A stretch of 64,000 bases of DNA from Stegostoma tigrinum (taxonomy: Eukaryota): assembly GCF_030684315.1 (NCBI RefSeq), contig NC_081370.1, positions 44,410,728-44,474,727 on the forward strand, given 5' to 3'. The translations under genes and the position numbers were made by a program. The notes under the pieces were generated by a model. That model had not been told where the DNA came from. It did not search any database and was given only the letters and a program-made list of their open reading frames with translations. Shown here piece by piece: positions 1 to 11,339 of this stretch. Every line of letters starts with the position of its first letter. Positions within the stretch are counted from its first letter, which is position 1.

Positions 1-199
1 CTGAAGAATGAGAATTATATTCTACTTCTTTGAGAGTTCATAAGGCTCTTCATCGAAGGTTCCAGATATACTGTCTGATGTGATAGTGTTTCTGAAGGTC
101 CTCTCATCCAATCTTTTGATATAGAGTGTTTGCAGCCTCTCCAAATGCAGTCCCTGCAGTTCTATCTGCAACTCTTTCAGTGAAAGCAGCAATCTCTGA

Positions 200-555
200 A
201 GAGATAGTAAGAACTGCTGACGCTGGAGTCTGAGATAACACAGCATGGAGCTAAAGGAACACAGCAGGCCAGGCAGCATCCAGAGGAGCAGGAAAGCTGA
301 CGTTTTGGCTCGAGACCCTTCTTTAGAAATGGGGGAGGGGTAGGGGACTCTGAAATAAAGGGAGAGAGGAGGGATGGGGCTGGGGAAGGTAGGTGGCGTG
401 GTGGTAGGTGAGTACAGATAGGCAGAGGTGAGGGTTGGTCAGTGAGGTGGGAGGAGTGACTAGGTGGGAGACAAGATGAACAGGTTGTGTCAGGTCAAGA
501 AGGTGGGGTTGAGAGGGAGAGTTGGTCAAGGGATGAGGTCGGAGGTGGGGACATT
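200..555 (-). mobile_element. Diverged Penelope-like element 3' end (pseudo-LTR plus degenerate hammerhead motif)
   Basis: Homologous to 5296-5660: 'gctggagtctgagataacacagc...cacagcaggccaggcagcatc...gctgacgttttggctcgagacccttc', followed by the G-rich pLTR tract. Confidence 0.85.
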
Positions 556-714
556 TTGGTTGATTTTTCTGCACTCCTTGTCTGAGACTTTTGAAGAGGT
601 GAACCGATACTTTACAGTCTTCCTGATGATACAATCCTCTCTTTGTTCCTGAATTGAAAATGCAGCACAGGAATCTCAACGTGTTATTGTCCTGTTATTG
701 CAATGGCATGATAA

Positions 715-2375
715 AATAACACATTCTTGGGATATTGGTGTTGTTGGAAGGGCAGCACTTCTTACCCATTCCTAATTACACTTTGCAAGGTGGTGGAGAG
801 CTGCCTTTGTGAATCATTGCAGCAGATAGGGTGTAGTTACACCCACAGTACAGTTAGAGAGGGAATTCCAGGATTTTGACACGGTGACTTTGGATGAACA
901 GCGATATAGTTCCAAGTCAGAATTGAGTGCCTTGGAGGGGAACATGCAAGTGGTGGTGTTCCCATGTTTCTGCTTCCCTGTCCTTCTAGATAGTAATGGT
1001 CAAGATTTGGTGGGTGCTGTCAAAGGAGCTTTGGTGAATTTCTGCAGTGCATCTTGTAGATGTATGCACTGCTGCTACTCTGCATTGATGGCGGAGGGAG
1101 TGGATGTTGAAGGTGGTGAATATGGTGATAATCAAGTGATTTGCCCTGAATGATGTCTAACTTCTTGAGTCTTGTTGGAGCTGCACTCACACAAGCAACT
1201 GAAGAGCATTCCGTCACACTCCTCACTTGTACCTTGCAGGTGGTGGACACACATTGAGCAGACAAGAGTTTAATTGCGACAGAATTCCTAGCCTTTGACC
1301 TGCTGTTGTAGCCACAGACCTATATGATTAGTCTAGTTCAGTTTCTTTGGATATTGGTAGTGGGGGATTCAGCACTAGTAATCCCATTGAATGTCAAGGC
1401 GAAGATGGTCATTGCCTGGCACAGCGTGTGGCACAGATGTAACTTAGCATTCATCAGCACGAACCTGGGTATTATCGACAGCAGCAGAGCAGAGAAGAAA
1501 ATCGAGAAGGCACAGTATAGAGAAGCATGTAAAAAAACTTAGTCACTACAATAACCTGTAAATATACAGCATGAATGGCAATAGAGAATCACAGTTCCGC
1601 AGAGAGTGTGAGACAGAAACTTAATCTATCATAAGGATATAAAAAGAACACTGGGGACCAAGTTTAAAAAAAAATGGAGGGCCAATGGAAGTCTTTCGCT
1701 TGAGGGTGCCGCCAACATTGGTGGCTGCCACAGAGATAGCCTCCTGGTGTCTGGTCCTTCGTGGCCTACATAGGCCACCCTCAACTGCAATGGTGGCTCA
1801 GTGGTTAGCCCTGCTGCCTCACAGCACCAAGGGCCCAGGTTCAATTCCACCCTCGGGCGACAGTCTGTGTGGAGTTTGCATCTTCTCCCCATGTCTATGT
1901 GCGTTTCCTCCAGATGCTCCAGTTTCCCCCCACAGTCCAAAGATGTGCAGCTTAGGTAAATTTCCCATAGTGTTCAGGGATGTGTAAGTTAGGTGGGTTA
2001 CAGGGGAATGGGTCTGGGGGGGATGGTTTGAGCTTCGGTGTGGACTTGTTGGGCCGAAGAGCCTGTTTCCACACTGTAGGGATTATATGAAGATGACAGG
2101 TAACAATACCGGGAAGGGAACAACCTTGATTGAATATGTTTTTACATCAAACACCCAGAGTTACACAGTAGTATCAATGAATGCTAGCAACGCTGCTCAT
2201 AGAATAACATAGGGAAGTCAAATCCCTGTTGCAGATGGAAGCATTCTGTTTCAGTACCTGGAGAGTCACAAATGGTGCTGAACATTGTGCAATCATCAGC
2301 AAACATTCCCACTTCTGTCCTTACATTGGAGGACAGGTAATTAATGAAGCAGGTGAGACTATCCAGAGGAACCGC
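715..2375 (-). mobile_element. Decayed L2/CR1-group LINE 3' portion, interrupted by other sequence including an HE1 SINE
   Basis: 3' tail at 720-810 matches the tail at 36830-36910 and 61070-61200; RT motif FADD (revcomp of tcatcagcaaac) near 2295. Confidence 0.6.
1786..2090 (+). mobile_element. HE1-type tRNA-derived V-SINE
   Basis: A-box 'ggtggctcagtggttag', B-box 'ggttcaattcc', V-domain 'tgtgtggagtttgcat', CR1-type tail 'cctgtttccacactgtaggga'. Confidence 0.9.
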
Positions 2376-2639
2376 CTGTGACCAGGGATGTGTTGTTTAC
2401 TTTAGGAGATAGATGGAACTATTAGCACCTCTGCAAATATACCAAGGTTAAATAGATAATTTTTCTTTTGCCCTGGTGAAAAGTCATGATTAATTGTATA
2501 AGAAAGATGGTGGGTTGTCACACTTTTGTAGGTGCCTATGATGGAAAAGTTGTTATGAGAGCAACATTTGCCTTCTGGTCATGCTGCACATCAACCCACC
2601 GCTCTTCATCTCATCCTATCCTTCCATTTCCCAATCTAT

Positions 2640-4090
2640 CACACGTGCCTATTTCTTCTTTGTTGACAGCCCCTCAGGGTCAAGGATGACTTGCTTACAC
2701 TCCAGCAGTCTGGTTTCTGTTGGGGCCAGATAGTCCAGCCCTGGAACTGCAGACCCTGCTGAAGGTGGGGGCTAATATTTGATGGAATGCTGTGCATTCT
2801 GTGTGCTCTTTCCACTGGGCACACTTAGCCTGCACATGCTCCACTCAATGACGTTCAAAGTGGTTGGCGACTTTACGGAAGCTTCTCCTCTAGTTTGTGC
2901 TTTCGAGGGTAAGTGCTTCCCATGCGTCAGTGGGAACGTTGCATTTGTTTAGGGATGTGGCCTCGGGTGTCCTTGTTACATATCCTTTTGCCCTCCCAAT
3001 GATCACTCACCTTTGCAGAGCTCAGAGTAGGGCATCAGTTTAGGGAATCTTGTGTGGGGCATGTGGTCAATATAGCCTACCCATCATGGCTGGTCAAGCA
3101 TGTTCAGTGTCTTGCTACTGGGGGAAGATGTTCATGTTGGTATGCCCATCCTGCTGGTGGATTTCCAGAATTTTGTGACCACAGCACTTGTGACAACTCA
3201 CCAGGAATTTAAGATATCTGTACATGGTCCATATTTCTCATGCATGCAGGAGGTTGGGGGGCATGGCTGCTCTACGATCATGGGCCTGCTGCTGGATTTG
3301 AGATCTTTGGCAGCAAATCATTGTCTGAAGGCTGCACAGGCCCATTATTGGATTTCATCATTAATGCCTGCTCACATTGGGAGGGGGCTCCTGAGGAATG
3401 GGAAGGGATCCATGTTGTCCAGGGGCTTGTCGTGAATTTTGGTCAGGGGCATTGTTGTGTGGCAGGAGTGAGTTGGTAAAATGCCTTTGTTTTCTGGATA
3501 TTTAGTCTGAGTTCTATTCGCTAACATTCCTCAGTGAATACATCAATGACAGTTTGTAGAATGGCCTTTGAGGCTGCACAGATGGGGGTGTCATCTGCAT
3601 ACTGCAGCTTGATGACAGAGTTGCAGTGGTCTTCATTCTGGCCTGAGGCTGCTTCCTGTAGATTTTCTCCATTCTGGTGAGGAGTTTCCTGGAGAAGCAG
3701 TGCAGTGTATCAGCGAGGAAGATGGAGAAGAACGTTGGTGAGATGATGCAGCTCTGTTTGACCCTTGTTGTCACTCCTATCATGTCTGTGAAGGATCTGT
3801 TTGTGCCAATCACAGCCTGCATGTCATCATGAAGCAGGCGGAGAACGGTGAGGAATTTCTGTGAGCATCCAAATTTTAGGAGGATATTCCACAATCCCTC
3901 AAGCTTGATAATGTCGAAGGACTTTGTCAAATTGAAGAAGGCCACGTACAGAGGTTGGTGCTTTTCATTACACTTTTCTTGGATTCATTGTACACTGAAA
4001 ATCACATCCATTGTTCCTCTTGACAGGTAGAAGCCACATTGAGACTCAGGGTAAAGCTCTTCAGCCACTGGGAGGAAGTGGTTGAGGAAC
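2640..4090 (-). mobile_element. Decayed RTE-clade LINE (RT region and 3' end)
   Basis: ORF 3514-3945 'AFFNLTKSFD..LWNILLKFGCSQKF..LLHDDMQA..VKQSCIISPTFFSIFL'; LQYADD near 3590-3610; PESQCGF near 4030-4050; frameshifts and stops. Confidence 0.85.
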
Positions 4091-4121
4091 TTTCTACTTT
4101 CATATGCTTATTTCACAACAC

Positions 4122-4461
4122 CATAGAATCCCTATAGTGTGGAGCAGACCCATTGCATCTCCACCAATCCCTTTGAAGAGTATCCCACCCAGACCCATCC
4201 CATTACCTTATCCTTGTCACCCTATATTTCCCATGGCTAATCTAGCTAGCCTGCGCATTCCTAGACACTATAGCCAATTTAGCATGACCAGTTCACCTAA
4301 GCTGGACATCCGTGGACTATGGGAGGAAACCAGAGCATCTGGAAGAAACCCATGAAGACACAGGGAGGATGTGCAAACTCTACACAATCGCCCAAGAATG
4401 GGATTGAACTCAGGTCCCTGGTGCTATGAGGTGGCACTGCTAACCACTGAGCCACCACGCC
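4122..4461 (-). mobile_element. HE1-type SINE
   Basis: Reverse complement of the HE1 head, V-domain and tail; similar to 62955-63265. Confidence 0.88.
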
Positions 4462-4789
4462 ATTCTATTTACCATCCTTTGAAATGCTTTTCGGCTCAAC
4501 TATAATTGACAATATTGAGTTTCATGTTCTAGCCACTCTGAGTAAAGGTGTTTACCTTAAAAACCCTGTTGGATTTTCTTAGTCACAATCTTATATTTAA
4601 CTCTCCAAATTCTGAACTCTCCCAAGTGTAAACATCTCTAGGCCTAACCGCCCTAATAATTTTAAAGATGATTACCCCTCAGTCAACTCTTCCTAGAGAA
4701 AAACATAATCTGTTTAGCTCTTCCCAACATTTATCATTTCTCAGTTTTAGTATCATAACTATATAACCCTTTGTCACAACTTCTCGTGT

Positions 4790-4850
4790 CTTTGTCCAGC
4801 TCTACACCTTGTTATCTCAGATTCTCCAGCATTGGCAGTTCCTGCTATCT
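4790..4850 (+). mobile_element. PLE 3' tail fragment
   Basis: 'ccagctctacaccttgttatctcagattctccagcattggcagttcctgctatctc' matches the PLE terminus. Confidence 0.8.
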
Positions 4851-5734
4851 CCTGTGTCTGTATCATGTTAAATTTAAGGTTACTACTGAATAACAACATT
4901 TGAACTATGTAGACAGTGTGGGAGTAGAAGGTAAGACACTGTGAAATTGGCGTGGGTGATACAGATAAACTAAGTAATTGCACAGATACAGCCTACACAT
5001 TCCTAGTGGGAAGATCCTCAGCCTGTTTAGTTTTAACTGTAATGTTTATTCTCCCTATGTCCTGACTCAATTATATAAAGAAAGCACCCAGTGTTGCTTG
5101 AAAGTCTGATCTTGGAGCTAAAGTATTCATTGCATTGAATATCGTAAATTGGAGATGTGTTTCATTATAAAACTCAATAATAGAATACACCTACAAATGA
5201 AAACTAATCCTTAAGATAGCTGTTGCAAGCTCAATGCAGGTCTTCAACATTATCATGTTTCACCAGGGAATTAAGACAACAAGGTTAAGCAGCTGAGAGA
5301 GATAATGGGAACTGCAGATGCTGGAGAATTCCAAGATCATAAAATGTGAGGCTGGATGAACACAGCAGGCCAAGCAGCATCTCAGGAGCACAAAAGCTGA
5401 CGTTTCGGGCCTAGACTCTTCATCAGAGAGGGGGATGGGGAGAGGGAACTGGAATAAATAGAGGGGGCAGCGGACCGAAGATGGAGAGTAAAGAAGATAG
5501 GTGGAGAGAGTATAGGTGGGGAGGTAGGGAGGGGATAGGTCAGTCCAGGGAAGACGGACAGGTCAAGGAGGTGGGATGAGGTTAGTAGGTAGATGGGGGT
5601 GCGGCTTGGGGTGGGAGGAAGGGATGGGTGAGAGGAAGAACCGGTTAGGGAGGCAGAGACAGGTTGGACTGGTTTTGGGATGCAGTGGGTGGGGGGGGAA
5701 GAGCTGGGCTGGTTGTGTGGTGCAGTGGGGGGAG

Positions 5735-6300
5735 GGGAGATTTTGAAACTGGTGAAGTCCACATTGATACCATTAGGCTGCAGGGTTCCCAGGCGGAATA
5801 TGAGTTGCTGTTTCTGCAACCTTCGGGTGGCATCATTGTGGCACTGCAGGCGGCCCATGATGGACATGTCATCTAGAGAATGGGAGGGGGAGTGGAAATG
5901 GTTTGCGACTGGGAGGTGCAGCTGTTTGTTGCGAACTGAGCGGAGGTGTTCTGCAAAGCGGTCTCCAAGCCTCCGCTTGGTTTCCCCAATGTAGAGGAAG
6001 CCGCACCGGGTAAAATGGATGCAGTATACCACATTGGCAGATGTGCAGGTGAACCTCTGCTTAATGTGGAATGTCATCTTGGGGCCTGGGATAGGGATGA
6101 GGGAGGAGATGTGGGGGCAAGTGTAGCATTTCCTGCGATTGCAGGGGAAGGTGCCGGGTGTGGTGGGGTTGGAGGGCAGTGTGGAGCGAACAAGGGAGTC
6201 ACGGAGAGAGTGGTCTCTCCGGAAAGCAGACAGGGGTGGGGATGGAAAAATGTCTTGGGTGGTGGGGTCGGATTGTAAATGGCGGAAGTGTCGGAGGATG
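5735..6300 (-). pseudogene. PLE ORF C-terminus: Cys linker plus GIY-YIG endonuclease (5'-truncated, open frame)
   Basis: 'PCNRRKCYTCPH...NVVYCI...LYIGETKRRLGDRFAEH...VANHF...LIFRLGTLQPNGIN' within ORF 5382-6380. Confidence 0.92.
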
Positions 6301-6325
6301 ATTTTGAAACTGGTGATTTTGAAAC

Positions 6326-6920
6326 ACACCACCCTACCAACCTCCGGATACAACACATCATCCTCCGACACTTTCGCCATTTACAATCCGACCCCACCAC
6401 CCAAGACATTTTTCCATCCCCACCCCTGTCTGCTTTCCGGAGAGACCACTCTCTCCGTGACTCCCTTGTTCGCTCCACGTTGCCCTCCAACCCCACCACA
6501 CCCGGCACCTTCCCCTGCAATCGCAGGAAATGCTACACTTGCCCCCACACCTCCTCCCTCACCCCCATCCCAGGCCCCAAGATGACATTCCACTTTAAGC
6601 AGAGGTTCACCTGCACATCTGCCAATGTGGTATACTGCATCCATTTTACCCGGTGCGGCTTCCTCTACATTGGGGAAACCAAGTGGAGGCTTGGAGACCG
6701 CTTTGCAGAACACCTCCGCTCAGTTCGCAACAAACAACTGCAACCTCCCAATCGCAAACCATTTCCACTCCCCCTCCCATTCTCTAGATGACATGTCCAT
6801 CATGGGCCTCCTGCAGTGCCACAATGATGCCACCCGAAGGTTGCACGAACAGCAACTCATATTCCGCCTGGGAACCCTGCAGCCTAATGGTATCAATGTG
6901 GGCTTCACCAGTTTCAACAT
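6326..6920 (+). pseudogene. Second copy of the PLE GIY-YIG domain, with a +1 frameshift near 6742
   Basis: ORFs 6279-6791 and 6625-7320 together give the same peptide; 'tgcaacct' here versus 'tgcacct' in the other arm. Confidence 0.9.
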
Positions 6921-7578
6921 CTGCCCTTCCCCTACTGCATCCCTAAACCAGCCCAGTTCGTCCCCTCCCCCCACTGCACCACACAGCCAGCCCAGCTCTC
7001 CCCCCCCCACCCACTGCATCCCAAAACCAGTTCAACCTGTCTCTGCCTCCCTAACCGGTTCTTCCTCTCACCCATCCCTTCCTCCCACCCCAAGCCGCAC
7101 CCCCACCTACTTACTAACCTCATCCCACCTCCTTGACCTGTCCGTCTTCCCTGGACTGACCTATCCCCTCCCTACCTCCCCACCTATACTCTCTCCACCT
7201 ATCTTCTTTACTCTCCATCTTCGGTCCGCTGCCCCCTCTCTCCCTATTTATTCCAGTTCCCTCTCCCCATCCCCCTCTCTGAAGGGTCTAGGCCAGAAAC
7301 ATCAGCTTTTGTGCTCCTGAGATGCTGCTTGGCCTGCTGTGTTCATCCAGCCTCACATTTTATTATCAAGGTTAAGCAGCTGTCTGTCAGTGTGTAGCTA
7401 ATGAATGACTTCAGGCACTTTTCACTATGATGCAGACTTAATGCATCAATTTTCAGGCTGAATCAGCTCCTCCATGTGAGCTAAATCTCATTTTACTGAC
7501 ACTACCCTTTGAAAGAATTAGTTTTTAAGAGCAGTTTTGGTGATTCAATTTGAAGCAAACAAACTGTTTCTGCCGTTG

Positions 7579-7784
7579 TAACAAAGTGTGGAGCTGGATG
7601 AACACAGCAGGCCAAGCAGCATCTTAGGAGCACAAAAGCTGACGTTTCAGGCCTAGACCCTTCATCAGAGTCTAGGCCTGAAACGTCAGCTTTTGTGCTT
7701 CTGAGATGCTGCTTGGCCTGCTGTGTTCATCCAGCTTCACACTTTATTATCTTGGATTCTCCAGCATCTGCAGTTCCCATTATC
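7579..7784. mobile_element. Hairpin PLE-end insertion (family A), 16-bp TSD
   Basis: Inverted arms 7579-7669 and 7670-7784; TSD actgtttc(t)[g/t]ccgttg at 7563-7578 and 7785-7800. Confidence 0.93.
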
Positions 7785-8169
7785 ACTGTTTCTTCCGTTG
7801 GATTATCTGAGGCTCGGTTTAACACTTTTAAAAATGAATCAGCAGATTGGGAAAAACCTATGTTCCATCTAAGCCATAAGGCCATACAGAAGCCTACAAT
7901 TCCACATGTACCCTGTGAATAATTTGGAGCATTTAAATTACCATGCAGTTCTCGCCATGTAAAATAATTTAAATAGCTATGCGCTTAAATAGATCATGTG
8001 CTCCAAAGAAATTGCAGGTAATGGTGCTCACAACCTAACTATTGTAAAGTGACTGAATCATGCTTTCAGGCTTGTGTGATGGACCTTTGAGTTTACTTTT
8101 GATCTGATCCACTTGATGCCACCATTACATCACTGCAAGGTATTCACTGTGCCTCAAGCTCTTTCCCTC

Positions 8170-8460
8170 AGTGGATATGGGAGTTTAATCTCACCGCAGA
8201 AATCTGAGCTCAAAAACCAACTCTCCAATATGAGACTGTAGGAATGTCATACTGTTATATGTGTCATCTTTCAAATGACCAAGGCACCATCTACCCAAAT
8301 TCCATGCCACTCTTTCAACGTAGAGCAGTGGAGTTCTTCATCACATCTTCACTTCAATTATACTAATTATCTAGTTGATATAACTTCCTTTGTCGTCTTG
8401 CTGCATTCCCTACTACGTAACAGTGACTATTATTAAAACATTTTCATTAGTGCTATGTAG
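8170..8460 (+). mobile_element. Highly diverged Deu-domain SINE (SacSINE1/AmnSINE1-like)
   Basis: 'gtcatctttcaaatga...ccatgccactctttcaacgtagagcagtggagttct' resembles the Deu core as I recall it. Confidence 0.5.
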
Positions 8461-9499
8461 GAGCAATGTGCAGTTTCGTTTGCTTAACAAATGAATTGAT
8501 GTCCGATTTGAAAATCTTGAGCTAATGTGATAATTCAGATTTCATTAATTACTGGGAATACAAAAAGTATCTTTTTAGCTTTTTATTCTGATCAATGAGC
8601 ATAGCCCTTTTGTCTTTGGGATTTATGTTCCCCTCCATCCTGGAATCGGATAAAGAGCAGCTCCTGAATGACACGGACAGGTCCATTGGGAAAATATGGT
8701 GAGATCTGCAGAAATGACATCAAGGAGAAAAGATCTGATTCTGCAACCATGTTTTGTTCTGCAAGACAAGGAATTCACTAGTAAGTGGCAAGAGGTCTAT
8801 TTGGATGCCACTACATCTCATCAATCTCTAATCACACCTCATGCAAACGTGTTTTCTGATTTTCTCACACGTTGGAAACAAACTAGGTGTCAATAATTCA
8901 CAACATGAAAATTAGGGCAGGTTCCTGCTGACTCCAGCTCACTGATTACTCCTCCGGCTGGCAGCGCTATCGTTTCAAAGCACCCTCCATGGGCAGTGAT
9001 GGCTCCTGTCTTGTCCATGAGATTGGCAATGGGCATGTAGAAGCCATTCTGTATCCTACAGGCACATCTCTGACCTGCTCACAATTTTTCTCTACATTAA
9101 TGCTGCACATTGAACCATACCAGCACCTTAGATTGTAATGCTACTACCAGGAGACTTTGCATTGAGGGACAAACACCGACCCCATAGATTTGACCAGTGT
9201 GCCCCTCAGAGTTCTTCCATTGCTGTCTTAGATTTCACACATTTCATGCCTTCTTGGATGCTCAAGGTAACTCTGCCTTGCTTTGCATTTTTGCGCTGTG
9301 CCCCCTTGTTCAGAATGTAAAGGCTCACAGGACTTCTCTGTTGCTGATTAGTGTAAGCATAAAGCCAGGCAGCTTGCCATGATTGTCAGTAGTAATCAGT
9401 CAAGTAGGTGGACATGTTGCTGCTCAGCACTTGCCACATCAATGTTACATGGGCAACATGTATCAGCAGCTTCTGTGATAAACACATCGCATTATGTTT

Positions 9500-10800
9500 C
9501 TATCAAATGTACCTATCTCAAAAGATTAATTGGATAGTCCTGGACAAGCCAAGGAGGTAGTGCTCAGTCAGGGCGTCCCAGCATGATAAGTCGAGGGCAG
9601 TATCTGATATCAGCCTGAGGCTTGGGAGTGGTCAGTCAATTGCTTGGGGCTACCAAGGTCTCAGCTGAGCTAAATGTTTATGCAATTGGCTGCTTCCAAA
9701 TGTCCACTGGGAACTCGAGTGGGACCGCACAATCCTCAACTCACGCATGTATCGATGCTGTACCAGATCAGACTGCATCATCACATTTCCTCGTGCTGAG
9801 CTTAGTGAAACAGCCAGGGCACTCAGCTTCCCAACATGGTTGGCTTCCCCCAGGATGCAGGGCTCAATGGATTGTACACAATTCTCACACTGAGAATGGC
9901 AACACTGCAGAGCTGACTTCCATCAATAGAAAAGTGTTCCCTTCCAACAATGCCCTCTGGTATGGAGCGATTGTTTTTACAATCAAAGGCTAAACAGGTT
10001 AGGACACTATTCACTGGTGTTTAGAAGAATGAAAGGTGATCTTATTAAAACATGTAGGATTCTTAAAAGGCTTAAAAGGATTGATCCAAATAGGGCCAGA
10101 CAGCATAGTCTCAGAATAAAGGGGGACCAATTTAAGACTGACATGAGGAGGAATTTGTTCTCTCAAAGGGTTTGAGAGTCTTTGGAATTCCTTGCCACAG
10201 AAAGTTGTGGGGCAATGTCCTTACGTATATTAAATGCTGAGATATTTACAGTATCAATCAGTAAAGTGGGAATCAAGGTTTATAGGAAAAGAACAGAAAA
10301 ATAGATATGAGGGATATCAGATCACCCATGATTTTAGTGATCGGTGGACCAGGCTCAAGGGGCTGAAAGGACTACTTTGGTTACTATTTCTTATGCTCTT
10401 ACCACCTGTGATCATTGGGATGACATCTTGGAAGTTTGTGCCGGGTACCCTAGGAACTGCCATGATGTATAGATCATTGAGGACTTGTTCCTTACACATT
10501 TCAAGGGCCTTACAGAGATGATTACTGGGAGACAAGGACCGCCTCCTGCAATCACAGCTGCTGACTCTGTTACACATGGCCCTGGCTGAGGCCAGCCATC
10601 TATGCAGTGCAGCCAGATTTTCAGCCAGGGCGAACATTGATCAGATGATGGGTTTGCTGTGGATGAGGTTCTGATGGTGGATCTATCTGAGGTGGGCCTT
10701 GTAGAACACCCCAGACACACTGGTCCCTATAATCCTAGCATGATAGGCTCTGCACAGCTGGAGCAGTAAAGTGGGGATGTGATGGGGTCTGAAGAGCCAG
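9500..10800 (+). pseudogene. Fossil PIF/Harbinger (HARBI1-like DDE) transposase, split by a CR1 fragment
   Basis: Collinear motifs KVSAELNVYAIGCFQ..G..QSSTHACI, GFPQ/QGSMDCT, INRKVFPS, then after the insert CDH..ILEVCAGYPRNCHD, LLGDK, RANIDQMMGLLWMRF, ALHSW; many stops. Confidence 0.85.
9985..10400 (+). mobile_element. CR1/HER1 LINE 3' fragment nested in the Harbinger transposase
   Basis: 'agaagaatgaaaggtgatcttatt' (RR.KGDLI) and CR1-type 3' tail ending 'tttcttatgctctta'. Confidence 0.85.
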
Positions 10801-10854
10801 AGAGCAGCAGCAGTTTCCTGAGAAGAAGATGAGGACTTCGAGCAAGACTGACAC

Positions 10855-11339
10855 TGTAGTGATTGTAACCACGTCAGCCACGAGGATACGGAAGCTTGAA
10901 CACACGCGCCAGCAGGTTCAGGAACAGATCCTTCCTTGCCGGCATTAGACAGATGAATGGACTGTTTAACTTCAAATAACGCTGATCTTGCTAATGTTGA
11001 TCTTGCCTAACGCATGCCCTGTGTGATGGAACCTGTATGCCTCTGTCCAGTTATTTTTAACCCTGTGATCTTTATGTCCTTGTTTACTATGATCTGCCTG
11101 CACTGCTCGTAAACAAAGCTTTACACTGTACTTAAGTACACGTGACAATAAATCAATCAATGATTTCCCTGATTTGGGCTGTTAATCTGGCCCAATCAGA
11201 GAGCTCTGGCTAACATATATAAACAGGAGTGTCAGAGGTTCTGCTTACTCTAAGGGAGCTGGATCAGTGTCAAGGTCCCTCCACGTGTGAAGAAGGGGTG
11301 ACTTGGTGACAGGATACTGGTCTCTGTGGAGTTATATCA
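10855..11339 (+). mobile_element. Solo LTR (TG...CA, 5-bp TSD gacac) with a Rex1-type LINE tail inserted at ~10886-11160
   Basis: Starts tgtagt, ends atatca; gacac at 10850-10854 and 11340-11344; homologous to 12591-12822 and 50943-51178. Confidence 0.8.
10886..11160 (+). mobile_element. Rex1/Babar-type LINE 3' end
   Basis: Ends 'cactgtacttaagtacacgtgacaataaatcaatcaa'; same tail as 49020-49070 on the minus strand. Confidence 0.7.

Larger units (their letters stand above)
5296..7366. mobile_element. Penelope-like element (Neptune-type), two 5'-truncated copies in inverted orientation, 16-bp TSD
   Basis: Arms 5296-6300 (-) and ~6326-7366 (+) are near-identical reverse complements; TSD 'caaggttaagcagctg' at 5280-5295 and 7367-7382. 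Confidence 0.95.

Noticed and set aside
22-679. ORFs 22-279 and 323-679 (-) as a host gene
   Set aside because: Both run into a PLE insert; the remaining peptide matches nothing I recognise and has no clear splice signals
5382-6380. 332-aa ORF as a complete or domesticated nuclease gene
   Set aside because: Its N-terminus comes from the inverted arm and junction filler and its C-terminus is low-complexity pLTR; it is a truncated PLE ORF without RT
5664-7123. Many overlapping 60-150 aa ORFs on both strands
   Set aside because: Antisense and alternative-frame shadows of the palindromic PLE
8600-8705. Possible exon ending at 'ATG|gtgaga'
   Set aside because: Weak acceptor, unrecognised peptide, no partner exons
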